Shown piece after piece: positions 27,479 to 42,264 of a DNA stretch of 64,000 bases. The stretch lies in the NCBI GenBank assembly GCA_963693365.1, contig CAVNZM010000003.1:10384101-10448100 (forward strand), read 5' to 3'. Both the position numbers and the translations under genes were made by a program. Under the pieces are notes generated by a model, which worked only from the letters and a program-made list of their open reading frames with translations, made no database searches and was not told the origin of the DNA. Every line of letters starts with the position of its first letter. Position 1 is the first letter of the stretch. Origin of the DNA: Amoebidium appalachense (taxonomy: Eukaryota > Protista > Ichthyosporea).

Positions 27479-28806
27479 GCCACCTGCAGGGACAGAGCTG
27501 TGTGAGCATCATGCCTAGTCTAAGAGTCCCAGGGGGGGGGGGGGGGTAAAGGCAACGAGCGGGGTGGGCGGCAGGCAAGCGGGTGCACAGGCAGGCAGAC
27601 AAGGGGGGGGGGGAGGGGGGGGGGGGGGGGCGTAGCTAAAGGGCAAAGGATGCATGCAGCGCTGGCAGGGAGGGCGGGGGAAGGGGAGGGGGGGTATGCG
27701 CGCACAAGCCGCGGTGTAGGCGTGCGTGTGTGTGCGCTAGTGTGTGGGTGTGTATGAGCATGTGTGTGTAACACCGAGGTTAAGCATGCACGATCGAAGG
27801 GGCGGGTGGAGGGGTGTGTTGAAATACGTAGTATCTACATAGTATGGTAAGATCTTCTCAGTTTGTGTTATGTTTCAGTTCATATGCTTAGTGTATATGC
27901 CACACTCCTATTATGTAAAGTGAAGCATCGATCTCCGATATGCTTGTATACTTGTAATCGTGTTGTATCGGCTCTAATCGTGTATTGTAATATCGATTAG
28001 AATATTTATATGTGTGTACACGGATCCACCCACTCAGGGAGAGACGTGTACATGTTCGTGTGTACATAAATATCTCTGGTTATAGTTATGCTATTACTAT
28101 CTTGTTTGTTGATCTGTGCTCTCTTTTCCTTCCTCTTTCTCCTTCCTTATTTTCTTTTCTTTCTCTCTTTGTCTTCATGTGTATAATCGTATTTCTTTTC
28201 TACTAATATATGTTAGGTAGATTTGTGTTACTTAATACGTGTTCATTGGACGGTAACACACTTAGGCTACACTTAGAATAGCATGTGTGTTTAGACTTCA
28301 TTAATTTACTTTAGTTTTCATGTGTTGCCGGGCTTTAACCAATCATCAAGGTTAAGTGTGATATGTCTGAGTCTTTTCAGTATGTCATAGGTTAGAACTT
28401 CCTTGATGATGACACGAGTTGACCTTAACTAGTGTCTGTGTCCTATCGTGTGCGTCTCCGCGTACCGGATCTCTCTGAAAGCAATTGGTTCTTAGTGATT
28501 GGTTTCTATTAGAGATAGATCTGATTTCCGACTGGTCGGAAATCATGTATGGATTGGACTTAGAGGAATTTCAGGTATTTATTCGAAGATCAGAATAAAT
28601 TCAGTTCAGTCGTGTCTAAACATTGATGTCTGTTGTGTACACTGCTCCGATCGTTCCGTGCTTTGTTGTTGTGTGTGTCTGTGGTGTTTTTACACTGCAC
28701 CACTGTGTCTCTGCTTTCATCCCAAATATTTATATAATTTAACAGGTTATGCAGCCCTTTTGCACGCTCCCTACACACATCTAGAACTAGCGCTCGTTTT
28801 TCAATC

Positions 28807-31800
28807 ATGGATCCAAACAAAACTGGCGTAAACAAAATCACCATGTGGAAAGGTGAAGGGAAGACTGGTGAGTCCCGATAGCAAAACCACCTATTTTCAA
28901 TGGGAAATCATTTTTCTCGGCATGATGACCGGCACTAAAGGTGTCCGACTCGTGGATGTTGTACTTGCTGACAACTACGTCCCCCCTACCACCGTCGCGG
29001 TTGACGGTGAACCCCCCTTCTACGGCTACGGCACTACCGCGGAACTCAAGGAGGCCCGCAATTGCCTCCTGCTCCATATGATACAGAACATCGACCCTTC
29101 CGTTCTCACCACCGTTGCCCAGTACCGTATTGGCATGGACCCTGAACGGGCCATGTGGAAATTCCGTCAACACTACCTCCAAGGCAAACCCGATCAGATC
29201 CGCATCCTTCACCGTCAGTGGGATGCCTGTGCCCTTCAGCCCGGTGAATCATTCACCACCTAGTACCTGAGTCGTCTGCAGACCATCGTGAACCAGCTCC
29301 AGTCCCTCCAAGATGAGTCCATTCACTTCACTCGTCTAGCTGAGAAGTTCTTCAATGAACTCACCACCAGAGACGACCTCACCCCTGAGTTCAACCGTCT
29401 TATCGAAGACTATCACTTCGGTGATAAGCTATTCCCCGACTTCGAGTCCCTCCACAACCACGTTAAGGGCATCGAGTTACGTCAAGACCTCAAGATGCAA
29501 CTCCGGAGCAACCGTGCCCACCGTGCCTCCAAGTCCAGCATGGCATTAAATGCCAGTGCTCCCCCCCGTGATCTTCCTCGCCGTGACTTACGCACCCGAC
29601 TTGACCGTACCTCTGGCACGGACCTCCGAACTCGTCTCTCCCGTCAGCACACCCGATCCCGTTCCCCCCACCGGCCTGCCTTCCGGTCCACGTCTCGTTC
29701 CCCCAGTCGTTCCCGTTTCTCGGGTTCCCGTCGTTCTGATTCCCCGGCTCGTTCTAACACCCCGTCCGTGAAAGCATGCTCCTACTGCCACGAGCCTGAT
29801 CACACGATCATCGATTGCCCTGAGCCGAAATGCCGTATGTCCAGACACAACCGTTCCCGTCAAGGCAGTGAGAAATCTGTCTCCTTTGCTTTCTCGGCAT
29901 ACAATGCTAGCTCCGTCCCCGTGTCCTCCGACCCTGCCTGGGATTCCGGGTGTAACATGACTGTCTGCCCCACCCGTGAGTTCTTCCATGACCTCACTCC
30001 CCTTCCGACACCGACTCCCGTTGCTGCCTTCAATGGCACCCCCGTCTTGGCCACCCACACCGGCCATATCGTCATCAACACCACCACCGACCATGGCACT
30101 GCCACCCTTACCATTGAAGCCTACTACACCCCGTCTGGCCAGGCCTTCCTCATCTCAACATCCCAAGCTGCTGCCCAATACATCAAGGGTGATTTGAATG
30201 ATGCCTCCACTCCGTCATTCCTCTTCGACCGACTCACCGGTCGTCATCTCGTCAACCTCCGTCTACACAACGGTCTGTATTACTTCAAGGACTACACCAT
30301 TCAACCACCCACTCGTCCTGTGGCTCTGGCTGCCACTACCAGTGTTAACCCATCCATCTGGCACCATCGTCTGGGGCACCGTGCTATGACCAGCATCAAG
30401 GACATGGTGAAACACGACCTTGTTATTGGTCTCCCCTCCTCTGTCCTCGACTGTGATGTTCCTGATTGTCATGGCTGCATTATGGGTAAAACCACCAAGG
30501 CTCCGTTCAAGGGTGACCGTCCTCACTCCAACATCCCCGGTCATGAATGGCATTGGGATTTTTTTGAGCCTACCACAACATCGTACGGAGGTTCCAAGGT
30601 TGCTCTCGTCACTGTCTGCCGTGCCTCTGGACTCGTCAAGATCTACCCGATGGCCGACCGTACCACCACCCTGGACATTCTCACAGCTCACACCAACCTC
30701 GTTGCCACCCATGCCCCCTCCAAAGTTGGTGTCTACCACTTCGACTCCGGCTCTGAGTTCACCTCCAAGGCTACCCGTGCTTTTTGCCTCTCCCAGGGCA
30801 TCAAGGCCAGCTATGCTCCGGTGGACTGCCCTCAACTGAACGGCTATGTTGAACGTCGTATGCGGTTCCTCCAAGAGATTGTCCGTTGCCTCCTCCATCA
30901 AGTCCAAGATCAGTCTCTGTCCCCCAAACTGTGGGCTGAGGCCCTCCAACATGCCGCCTACATCATCAACGTCACCCCGTCCACGACTGCCAATGGTCGT
31001 ACACCATTCGAGGTTTTCTACGGTGTCAAGCCCGACATCTCCGAGCTCAAAGTGTTCGGTTGCCCTGCCTACACTCATGTGCCAGCCTCTAAACGGAACA
31101 AGCTGGCCCCCACCGTCAAACTCGGCATGTATATCGGCTATGATCTTCAATCACACTGCCACCGGATCTTCAATCCCACCACCCATCGCGGCGTCGGCCT
31201 CTTCCGTGATGTGATTTTCGACGAATCCGCTTATCTCCCGTCCGACATTCCATCAACACTTCCGACCCTCGACACCACTGCTACCTCGACCATCCCACCC
31301 CCCACAGTTGACACTGAAGATGATGTTTGTCTGGTGTACTCTGGCCCCCCTCCTGCCATCGTCGTTCCCCCGACACCCCCCCCCCACCGGCCCCCCTGCC
31401 CCCGTGCCCGTCCAGCCTGCCGACCCTCATCCTGCCCCTGGCAACGTCACACCCATCCGACCCGGCTCCCCCGACAACTTCCACTCGGCCCCGTCCAGCC
31501 CGGAGGTTGCCCCCCCTGCAATTCCGAACTTCCAAGTTCCCCCCCCCCCCGTCTCCACCTCCCCCGGTTCCTGCACCCCGTCGTTCTGCCCGTCTACAGG
31601 GCAAGGTTGGATTTCAAGCCACCACCACCCTCCCAGTCCCCCCCGGTCCCCCCATCAACATCGACCAACTACCCAAACTTGCCCGTCAACTGTGTTCCGG
31701 ACCCAATGATGACCAGGTCAAGTCAGCCCTGACTGCTGAGTATCAAGCCTTCGTCGACAAAGACATCTTTGAACTTGTTGACCCTCCCCCTGGTGCTAAC

Positions 31801-33225
31801 ATCGTCGGCTTCAAGTGGATTGTCTCCGAGAAAACTCTCAACTCGGCTGGTGACACCAAGATCAAGGCACGTGGTGTTGCTCAAGGCTTCAGTCAGCAAT
31901 ACGGTGTTGACTATGAGTTGATTGAGAGCCCTGTCATCCGTCCGGCTGCTCTCCGTGCTATCCTAGCTCTGGCCGTTGTTGAAGGTCATGACATCCATCA
32001 ACTCGACGTGTCTACGGCCTTTCTCAACAGCCCACTCACCGAGACCATCTACATGAAACAACCCCCAGGATTCATCACCATGGCCACACTTGGCAAGGTC
32101 TGGAGACTCAAGAAAGCTCTGTACGGCCTCAAGCAAGCCTCCAAGGCTTGGTACGACTTCCTCGACGGCATTCTTCCTGCCCATGGCCTGACCCGTACTA
32201 AGACCGACCCGTGCATCTACCTCCGGTTCTTCCCCAACAACGATGTGGTTCGGGCTGGTAACTACGTTGACGACTCCACCATCACCAACACCCGGGGTTC
32301 TACTGCTGCCAGTGACCTGGCTGCCCACATCAGCAAGATGGCCAGCTGTCGTATGAGTCCATTTGACCGTATGCTCGGTGTTGATTTTAATCAATCTGAT
32401 ACCCATCACCTCCACATGCACCAGAGGTCTTACATCATGGATATCATCCACGACTTCAACCTCACCGATGCCAAGTCCAAGTCTACCCCCATCCCTGCAG
32501 GCACCACCGTCTCCCTGGCTGACTGCCCCCCCCAACCGTTCACCGTGCCCTACCGTGAGTTACTCGGCCGTCTCCTCTGGGTGGCACGGTGCACACGTCC
32601 CGACATTGCCTATGCCATCGGCTTCCTTGGTCGGTTCAGCACCAACCCCGGCAAGACTCACTGGGACCTTCTCCGTCGTGTGGCCCGGTACCTGCTCGGC
32701 ACCATTGACCTTGGCATTGACTACAAGTACTCGGCCACCCAGCCCCCCATACTCGAATGCTACACGGATGCTGACTTTGCTGGTTGTGCCGACAGCAAGA
32801 AGTCTACCACCGGCTACATCATCGAGTTTGCTGGTATGCCCATCATCTGGTACTCCAAGATCCAGCCCATCACGGCCACCAGCACCACTGAGGCTGAGCT
32901 GATTGCTCTCAATGCTGGCACCCAAGAAGTTGCTTGGGTCCGTGACCTTTTCAAGGAACTCGGCTGCCCCATGCTTGCTCCGACTCCGGTGTACTGTGAC
33001 AACCAGTCGACCATTGCCATCGTCAACTCCACCGGCATCAAGCACCGTACCAAACACATTGCCGTCCGGTATCACAACACCAAGGACTACATTGCAAGTG
33101 GGGATGTGGTTGTCCACTACGTTGAATCAGCCCACAACTTAGCTGACATCCTCACCAAACCCCTCCCCGGCCCGAGTCATGTCAACCATCGTGCTAAACT
33201 TTGTCTGCCGGATATTGTGGATTGA
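28807..33225 (+). pseudogene. Copia gag-pol polyprotein, copy 2, disrupted
   Basis: Same motifs and the same gag frameshift and TAG (29261-29263) as copy 1; frameshifts in C-runs at ~31380-31550. Confidence 0.95.
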
Positions 33226-33628
33226 CCCATCCTACTTCAAGAGTGATTTTCTAATGTTTACTACTTACTTTATTATAATCATTATTTCATATGTATATTG
33301 CCTTTGTGGGTATGCCCACTTAGGGTTTATATATAAGGTTTGACCTGTACCATCACTCTACTCTATCTTTCACTGGTTTAAAACCCAGTTAATCAAACCC
33401 CGACTATACACCTTATACATATTCGTTGTTTTTGCCCCGGTTCCTCCCCCCCCCCCCTCTCCCCCCCCCCTTCCCCCCCCTCCCCCCCCCCCCTTCTCTC
33501 CCCCCCCCCCCCCCCCGCGGGAAAAGTACACACTTTAATTTTTTTTTTCCGTTTCTGTTCTCAAGTGGGGAGATTTCACTAGTTCAGTGGGGATATGATA
33601 ACACAAACTTCAAAGTCTTAAGTGGGGA

Positions 33629-34578
33629 TGTTGTAATACGTAGTATCTACATATGGTAAGATCTTCTCAGTTTGTGTTATGTTTCAGTTCATATGCTTAG
33701 TGTATATGCCACACTCCTATTATGGCCGGGCAGTATAAAGTGAAGCATCGATCTCCGATATGCTTGTATACTTGTAATCGTGTTGTATCGGCTCTAATCG
33801 TGTATTGTAATATCGATTAGAATATTTATATGTGTGTACACGGATCCACCCACTCAGGGAGAGACGTGTACATGTTCGTGTGTACATAAATATCTCTGGT
33901 TATAGTTATGCTATTAATACAGTGACTATCTTGTTTGTTGATCTGTGCTCTCTTTTCCTTCCTCTTTCTCCTTCCTTATTTTCTTTTCTTTCTCTCCTTG
34001 TCTTCATGTGTATAATCGTATTTCTTTTCTACTAATATATGTTAGGTAGATTTGTGTTACTTAATACGTGTTCATTGGACGGTAACACACTTAGGCTACA
34101 CTTAGAATAGCATGTGTGTTTAGACTTCATTAATTTACTTTAGTTTTCATGTGTTGCCGGGCTTTAACCAATCATCAAGGTTAAGTGTGATATGTCTGAG
34201 TCTTTGCAGTATGTCATAGGTTAGAACTTCCTAAGGCTTGATGATGACGCGAGTTGACCTTAACTAGTGTCTGTGTCCTATCGTGTGCGTCTCCGCGTAC
34301 CGGATCTCTCTGAAAGCAATTGGTTCTTAGTGATTGGTTTCTATTAGAGATAGATCTGATTTCCACCAGTCGGAAATCATGTATGGATTGGACTTAGAGG
34401 AATTTCAGGTATTTATTCGAAGATCAGAATAAATTCAGTTCAGTCGTGTCTAAACATTGATGTCTGTTGTGTACACTGCTCCGATCGTTCCGTGCTTTGT
34501 TGTTGTGTGTGTCTGTGGTGTTTTTACACTGCACCACTGTGTCTCTGCTTTCATCCCAAATATTTATATAATTTAACA
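33629..34578 (+). repeat. Copia 3' LTR (950 bp)
   Basis: Follows PPT AAGTGGGGA; ends TAACA followed by the TSD GGGTG. Confidence 0.95.
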
Positions 34579-34937
34579 GGGTGGCAGGGTGGGGTTGGGG
34601 GGGTTGGGGGGAGGGGAAGGAGGGGGGGGGGGGGGGGGGGGGGCAGGACACGCCACAAGCAGTTGGCACTGCGGGCCAGCACAGAACAAAGAGGCACACC
34701 GTGTGTACACCGTAAGACCGTAATGTATTGTCCCAAACACTCCACCGGGTGAGTGAGGGAATCCGAGCGAATTCGTGTAGTGGGGGGGGGCCGGCCCCGG
34801 CCGCCACTGCAGAACATGACTCGTGCGATATACAAAGTGGGAAGGGGGGAAGGGGGGGTGTCGGTGCCCCCCACAGCCCACACGCCAAGCCCAATACGAA
34901 GGCAAAGGAACAGGGGAGGGGGCTCGGCCCAGCCCCA

Positions 34938-36818
34938 TCACGAGAGAGGGGCAGCAAACCACCCCGCTAGCCACTCAGGCACGGGTGTTGGGACTGGTGC
35001 GTGCCACGGGTGCAGCCGGTCGAAAGTGGCCCACTGTGCTCGCGAGATGGCACCCGCAATCGAGTTTTCCACGCCAGGGATGTGCTTGGCCGAGACCAGC
35101 ACCGTGTAGCGCATTTCCATCAGCGTGATGAGACGCAGCACCCGGGCAATGGCAGGGACGGGGGAGTGACGGGACGCGATCGTAGATACTGCACCGTCGT
35201 TATCGGTGAGCACGCGTATGTGGCTGTTGCGACAGCTGGGACCCCAACAGGCCAGGGCCACGGCAATGCCAGCCAGCTCAAACAGCACGGAAGCCCACAC
35301 ATCTCCGCCAGCAATGACCGTGCGCCAATGGTCCGTCCATGCTAGGTGAAACCACGCTTGACCCCAGTAGCCACCGCATCCTATGCTGCCGGCCGCATCT
35401 GTGGTGAACATGTGATGCACGGGGGGGGTAAGCACACGTATGCCGTTCCACTCGGGGAGGAACTCCGACCACAGCACAACGTCGGCTCGTGCGTCGGCGC
35501 AGACACGGATGTGGTGGTGGGGCCCTAGGCCGGCCCTCTCAGCCTCCGCCAGCAGATGAAGCAAGCGTTGAAGAAAGGCACGGGCACGCCCCAGCGCCAC
35601 AACCTGAGCACACCACATGAGCTTGCCGCGCAGGGACCGTAGGTCTCGAACAGTGGCCTTGGTTCGACCCCGCCAATCGGCTAGCAGGGCCCGGAGCTCG
35701 GTCAGCTTGACGGCAGGTAAGCGGGCCTCCATGCGCAGAGTGTCCCACTCGAGCCCAGAGTAGATGAGCGTGTGAGAGGGCAGCTGCACTTTGTCGTCGG
35801 CAAGCGTAACACCCACCTTCGAGCACACCCACCGAAACACCAGCATATTGAAGGCGCACTCTTGCAGCGTACGGCCGCCGAAAAAGAAGTTGTCCACAAA
35901 ATGCTGTGTCTCTGTGGCGTTGAGGGCGTGGGCGAAGTGCTGCAGGGCCTGAGCTATGCGTTCCCAGAACGCTGGGCTGGACCGCAAGCCAAACGGTAGG
36001 CGGGTCTCCACATAGAACGCGCCTAGCAGCTGGAACGACAGCAGTGGCTGGTCGTCTGGGTGCACCGGGCCGTGACGAAAGGCACCCTTCACGTCGTATG
36101 CCCCGAGGAAGCAGCCCTGGCCGAGCCGAGCTACTGTTTGCATCACCGTGCGGATGGTGATGTACTCCAGCTGATCCGGGTAATCGACCCCATCGTTGAT
36201 ACTGGAGCCACGTGGGAAGGAAAGGTCGTGGATGCGGCGGACGCCCGTGCCGCCCTTTTTGGGAACTGCCCCGAGGGGCGAGGATACAAAATAAGGATAA
36301 AGGGCCACCATCTCGTCGCGGGTGAAGGGGCCCAGGATGTGGCCGCATGCCACTTCCTTCGCAATGTCGGCTGCAAGCTGCTCACGGGCCGCCAGCGCGG
36401 ACGGGTGGTTTCGGCCCACCCGGGTGACCCGCTCGCCGAAGTAACCGACCGAGAAGCCCAGCTCTAAGTCGCGGAGCAGAGCCTGCTGAAACGCACTGTC
36501 GGGGTGCGGAAACAACTCAAACAAACGGCGGAAGTTGGGGACGGATACGGTCTGTGGTGGTGCCGCTGGGGGGGGCGACCATGGGCCCCGCAGGGCAACG
36601 GAGAGGGCAGGCCCAGCGCGGACGTCAGCCCCTGCCCGAAAGGGGGCTGGGCCCCCTAAACCGGGTTGGCCCCCCCTTCCCCCGCCCCGTTGGCTGGGTT
36701 GGGAGGGCAGGCGTGTGCGCCGTGCGCCGCTGAGCCGCACTTCAGGCAGGCGTGCTTGTAGCGGCAAGGGTTGGGTCCCTTCCTGGTGCAGCCCTTGGCC
36801 GTGTTGAAGCCCCGGCAT
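34938..36818 (-). CDS. Ngaro reverse transcriptase + RNase H, probably inactivated
   Basis: SSPLGAVPKK, RRIHDLS.P.G.SINDG, YDVKGAFR, RLPFGLRSSP, FVDN in place of YxDD; RNaseH FTTDAA, FELAGI, LTDN, HIPGVENSIAGAISR (the usual last Asp is Gly). Overlaps the end of gag; true start uncertain. Confidence 0.92.
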   Translation of the reverse strand: MPGLQHGQGLHQEGTQPLPLQARLPEVRLSGARRTRLPSQPSQRGGGRGGQPGLGGPAPFRAGADVRAGPALSVALRGPWSPPPAAPPQTVSVPNFRRLFELFPHPDSAFQQALLRDLELGFSVGYFGERVTRVGRNHPSALAAREQLAADIAKEVACGHILGPFTRDEMVALYPYFVSSPLGAVPKKGGTGVRRIHDLSFPRGSSINDGVDYPDQLEYITIRTVMQTVARLGQGCFLGAYDVKGAFRHGPVHPDDQPLLSFQLLGAFYVETRLPFGLRSSPAFWERIAQALQHFAHALNATETQHFVDNFFFGGRTLQECAFNMLVFRWVCSKVGVTLADDKVQLPSHTLIYSGLEWDTLRMEARLPAVKLTELRALLADWRGRTKATVRDLRSLRGKLMWCAQVVALGRARAFLQRLLHLLAEAERAGLGPHHHIRVCADARADVVLWSEFLPEWNGIRVLTPPVHHMFTTDAAGSIGCGGYWGQAWFHLAWTDHWRTVIAGGDVWASVLFELAGIAVALACWGPSCRNSHIRVLTDNDGAVSTIASRHSPVPAIARVLRLITLMEMRYTVLVSAKHIPGVENSIAGAISRAQWATFDRLHPWHAPVPTPVPEWLAGWFAAPLS

Positions 36819-37716
36819 ATCTCATCCGCAGCAGGGGCCGGGCTGGCGCGAGGGCTGGCTGTGGCCCCCCCAGAGGCAGGCTGCCGGGGTGTGCGGGGAG
36901 CGGTGGGTGCCTGGTGCAGGCGGGCACCAGACAGGGACACGGCCAGCTGCACAGCGTCGGGTGCGTCGAGTGGGCGGCCAGAGGCAGCGCACGACCGGCG
37001 GTGTGCATCCTCCCAGCGCATGATGGCAGCCCACTGGTACTCGGGTGCCAACTCAGTGGCCACAAACTCGGCGTGGGCCAGCAGGGCCGTGACGAGGGCG
37101 TCGGCGTTGATGCGTAGGCGTAGCAGCTGCAAGATGCAGCGCAGGTAGGTCTGCAGGTCCGGGCACAGGGCGGGCTGGCGCTGGGTGCCAGGCGTCTGCA
37201 GCACAACCGTGCCAGCAGGCAGGCCAGGCAGGGAAACCGGCTGGCGCTGCGTGTGGACAGAAGAGCCCGTGGGCGGCAGCAGGTCGAGTAAAGCGAAATG
37301 CTGCATAGGCTCGAAGATGGCAGCCCCCCGGACCTCCGGGGACAGGTGGGGGCAGGGTGGGTTCGACTGGCTGCGCTGGCTGGCCCCCCAAACGGCCAGT
37401 TGCAGGGCATTGGGCGGCGGAGGCAGCTGGTGCATGTCGCCGCCCTAAGGGTCCTCCTCACGGGGGCGCTTGTTGGCGTTGCCGGGGGGTTGCTCTACAG
37501 CATCCACGGCCCCCGCCGCAGCGGCAGGGGGCCCCGTGACAGGGGGGTTCCTACCGGTTCCGCCCCCGCCAAGGTTGACGAGGTGGGGGAAGGCGCGCAG
37601 GAGAAGATCTTGCTGGGAAGGGGGGGCCGGGCTGGCCTGCAGGGCCTGACGGGTCGCGTTGGCCACCTCAGAAGCAAACATGCGAATAGTCGCTGCCAGC
37701 TCAGGGGTCAGGGCAA

Positions 37717-37752
<36 letters not shown>

Positions 37753-37963
37753 CGTCCTGCACAGGCCCTGGAGGGCGCGCCTCCTGCCCTGCCTGTGCTG
37801 CAGGGCCATTGTCTGTTGGGTCTACTTCCCTACTTGAGCCGCCGTGTGCTAGCCACCGAAAACGCAATCGTGCTAACAAAAACCGTACGTGCAGCACACG
37901 GCGAAAACGAAGGTGGCCTGCATCTGCAGTGTGCTGCGCCGGAAATACCGGCGCTGGTGGCAC
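36656..37963 (-). pseudogene. Ngaro gag-like ORF with one in-frame TAG (37445-37447)
   Basis: ORFs 37445..37963 and 36656..37435 are in the same frame, 9 nt apart. Contains YQWAAIMRWEDAHR and the C-terminal cluster CRGFN...C......CRYKHACLKCGSAAHGAHAC typical of this gag family. Start codon uncertain. Confidence 0.8.
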
Positions 37964-39549
37964 CTGACGTCAGGCGCTGCGCCAGACCGATGTCAGCCGC
38001 CGCTGCGGCTGCGCCTGGCGCCGCGGCCCGTGACGTCATGGGCCGCCCGGCTGCCTGCGCCCGAAGTGATCCGTGAAACATCTTTCATCTGCTGCGCATA
38101 TGAAACATACATGAAATAAACACGGCCGTATGTCCGTGCAATGTACCCTGATCATGTCTTATAACCACGTGTCTGGAGACCATGGGAAGCTCCCATGAAC
38201 CATCTATCTTACCAGAGGCATGTAAATGATTACGAAGGTTTATTCCCGTTATTAGTGTAACACATATTTGCTAACATATTACGTCTTAAACAATGAACAT
38301 TTGTATACGCGTGCACCTGTACGCGAAAGGCAATCTAATTTATGGAATGTTGTGAATGAGTGTGAGCGAATGAACAATCAATAGACTTAGCTATATATGG
38401 CGAAAAGCCATGAGCCAAGAGCCACGAGCCGGGCCGGCGAAAGATTGCCATGAGGCTTGTACTTATATTCTTACAGAGAGATGAAATCAATTAACAGAAG
38501 TGTGTAAATAATTAACAATGATATAAGGCTGATATATATCTGTCATTCTAGAGAAATATGTAGTAACTTGTAATGTAAATATGCCCTGTACGTACTGTCT
38601 CTATATGATAAGTAGCTGTGAGACGGATCCACTCATAAGGTCTTATAGGATGACATCATAGTGAGCAAAGAATAGATCGAATAGATTGATTGGTTAGATC
38701 TGTAGCCGCGCACTTTGTACATAGATGTGGGAACTCTTTTAACATGATATTTAGTGTAGCCAAGAGCGCTAGAAAGTATAAAAGGTAGTTAGAATTCGTT
38801 AGTTAAAAAGGGTCTTTCCCCTTCTTAGTACATGGTCACAACTAAGGGAAATAACAATCATAGAATAGGCATTGCTAGTCTATATGGTCATCACTATTGC
38901 CTGTAGGCCATCGTATTGATACAGTCACGTCGTCACATCTACATTACGGCCAGGTTGCCACAGCTTATGAGCATCAATAAACGTCCAAGTATTCATAACT
39001 TGCCATACTTAGTGTGTAACAGACCGCAAAACTATTGGTGATCGTGTTTGATGTTAATTGCATAAAAAGTCTTCATATGGTAACCATGGTGATCGTGTTT
39101 CGTGTTTGCCAGAAGATTCGGGATTTTCTGCAAGTCTGCTGAGTCGACCGGTCCGGTAGGGCGTGCTATTACAGTGCCTCCGCGATATTGTCACACCTTA
39201 AAACTGTTAAAACACAGAACATACCAAGATGTGACAGTATTGTACAGGTCTAGGGGACACTATTTATAAGGGGATTTTAGGGGGATTTTAAAGTGCAATG
39301 AATTCGGGTCGGGTCGTCAAAAATAGTGACGATATCAAGAGATGAACATATGGGGGTGTGATGATACCGCGGAAGCACTGTACTAATTGCAGTCAATCGA
39401 TGCGGTAGGCTGCGGTTTGAGTCTGTGCGCTTCCGGCACAGGCCACCGTTTAAAACAATGTTTTAGTATATTGCAGTCCGGCAGGGTGCGATTTGTAGAG
39501 CCTGAGAGAGCCGCCCTAACTGTAGTATCTGAAAGGGTAGAAATAAGTA

Positions 39550-40400
<851 letters not shown>

Positions 40401-40538
40401 AGTGAGAGAGAAAGAGCAGGCAGAGAGTCATGCAGTTAGGGGGAAAAAAAAAATCAAAAAAAATAAAAAAACATGCACACATGCACCTCCTCCCTCTCAC
40501 ATGCTGGCACTCAAATCTCTCACACTCAAGCCCTCCAC

Positions 40539-40721
40539 CTCCGCTTCTTCATGATTAAGGCAAAGCCCGGCAGGGCGTGCCGTTACTAGTACTCAGGAAT
40601 GTGAAACCGATAAGCCAATCAAAAGAACGAGAACTCTTTATCCAATCAGAAATACGAAAACTATGAGGGTCTCCAATACTGAGATGTCGAAGCTTCGCCG
40701 ACTCCGCTTCTTCATGATAAA
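40539..40721. mobile_element. Helentron-like 3' terminus (40539-40590) next to an inverted copy of the 5' terminus (40671-40721)
   Basis: CTCCGCTTCTTCATGAT, then an imperfect GC hairpin (GGCA..GCCC....GGGC..TGCC), then CTAGT. The second block is the reverse complement of the 13887 terminus without its 38-bp duplication and 39-bp insertion. Confidence 0.55.
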
Positions 40722-41656
40722 TCGATCGAAATGCCAGTCGACACATAGAAGATAAAACGCAATCCTCTATGTAATGAAAGTAATCTTCTAATAAAAGTAC
40801 GGATACATTTAACAAAATGAAACCACTTATGTATCTATTAGTTCAAATCATATATTTATACATGTTCTTAACATAACACGTCTAAATATAAGTATTCCTA
40901 ATAGTTGGGGAACATAGAGCAATTCTACGTCGTGGGAAAAGAAGGAAAAGGAATGAGGATATGATAGAAAGGTATGGAATGGGAAAGGAATCGAATAGAA
41001 TTAATGAGGAATGTAGGTTACTATATTTGGGAAAATATAACAAGATCTGATTAGACAACTTATTTAGACATTGACGCAAACAACCGTTGAATACGTGTGC
41101 GCGGGGCCGCGGGCTAAATCGCTCGATGTGTACACAGATCTAAGATATCTGTGCACACGGGAACGGAAAGGAAAGAAAGGAAGGAAGAAAGGAAAAGGGA
41201 AAAGGAAACAAACAATAACAAACTGATAAACATGTATAAAACTCAACTTCTAAGTCTTGCCGTTAATCATGGGAAGATGACAGCCAGCGCTCACTCCTGG
41301 AGTCCTTTGACTCGCTCTTTGACCCAGTGCTGACGGCTTATCTATATTGATTCCTATTGGCGGAGAGAAAACTGGCCGGAAAATGCCGGCTCGAGCCAAG
41401 CTGTGATGAGGGCCCCACGTGAGTGCAAAAGAAACGGTTTGCACTGCCCGGATACCGGGAACAACCATGCTGTAGACCTTGTAGTGATTGGTTTGATTTG
41501 ACTCAAAGTTTTTCGATTTAATGGCCAACTAAAAAAAAAAAACACGTGAGCCAGTAAGCAGGCAGCGAGAATGACACACTCAAGCAAACACACACACACA
41601 CACGCAGGAAGACAAAGAGTGAGGAAGTGAGAGACAGGAGGGGGGAGGGAAGGGGG

Positions 41657-41830
<174 letters not shown>

Positions 41831-41864
41831 GGGAGGGGGGGCAGGGAGAGAGGGAGAGAGGGGG

Positions 41865-41917
<53 letters not shown>

Positions 41918-41924
41918 AAGGGAG

Positions 41925-41992
<68 letters not shown>

Positions 41993-42231
41993 AGAGGAAA
42001 AGAGAGAGAGAGGGGGGGGGGGGGAGGGAGGGAGGGAGGGAGGGAGGGAGGGAGGGAGGGAGGGAGAGAGGGAGGGAGGGAGGGAGGGAGGGAGGGAGGG
42101 AGGGAGGGAGGGCCTGGAGCGAGTGCGAGAGAGAACCGAGGTGAGCCTCGGAGGGAAGGAGAGAGTGCGGAGTGCCGGGGAGGACGAGGGAGAGGGAGAG
42201 GAAGCGAGAGAAAGAGCGGGGATGAGGAGAA

Positions 42232-42264
<33 letters not shown>

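Larger units (their letters stand above)
27817..34578 (+). mobile_element. Ty1/Copia LTR retrotransposon, copy 2, both LTRs present
   Basis: LTRs 27817-28744 and 33629-34578; 5-bp TSD GGGTG at 27812-27816 and 34579-34583. Confidence 0.96.
18738..38111 (-). mobile_element. Ngaro-type (DIRS order) tyrosine-recombinase retrotransposon, interrupted by Copia
   Basis: Split direct repeats in the order A1 (37836-38111) - gag - RT/RNaseH - YR - B1 (19265-19393) - A2 (18986-19260) - B2 (18738-18871). TGAA lies at both outer ends. Confidence 0.92.

Noticed and set aside
22646-33117. Long antisense ORFs over Copia, such as 23321..24208
   Set aside because: Shadow ORFs expected from the C-rich codon bias of pol; no motifs.
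38116-39400. AT-rich block resembling a solo LTR, with a TATAAAA box and a possible TGG-starting PBS near 38450 on the minus strand
   Set aside because: No second copy, TSD or coding motif in the window, so boundaries cannot be supported.
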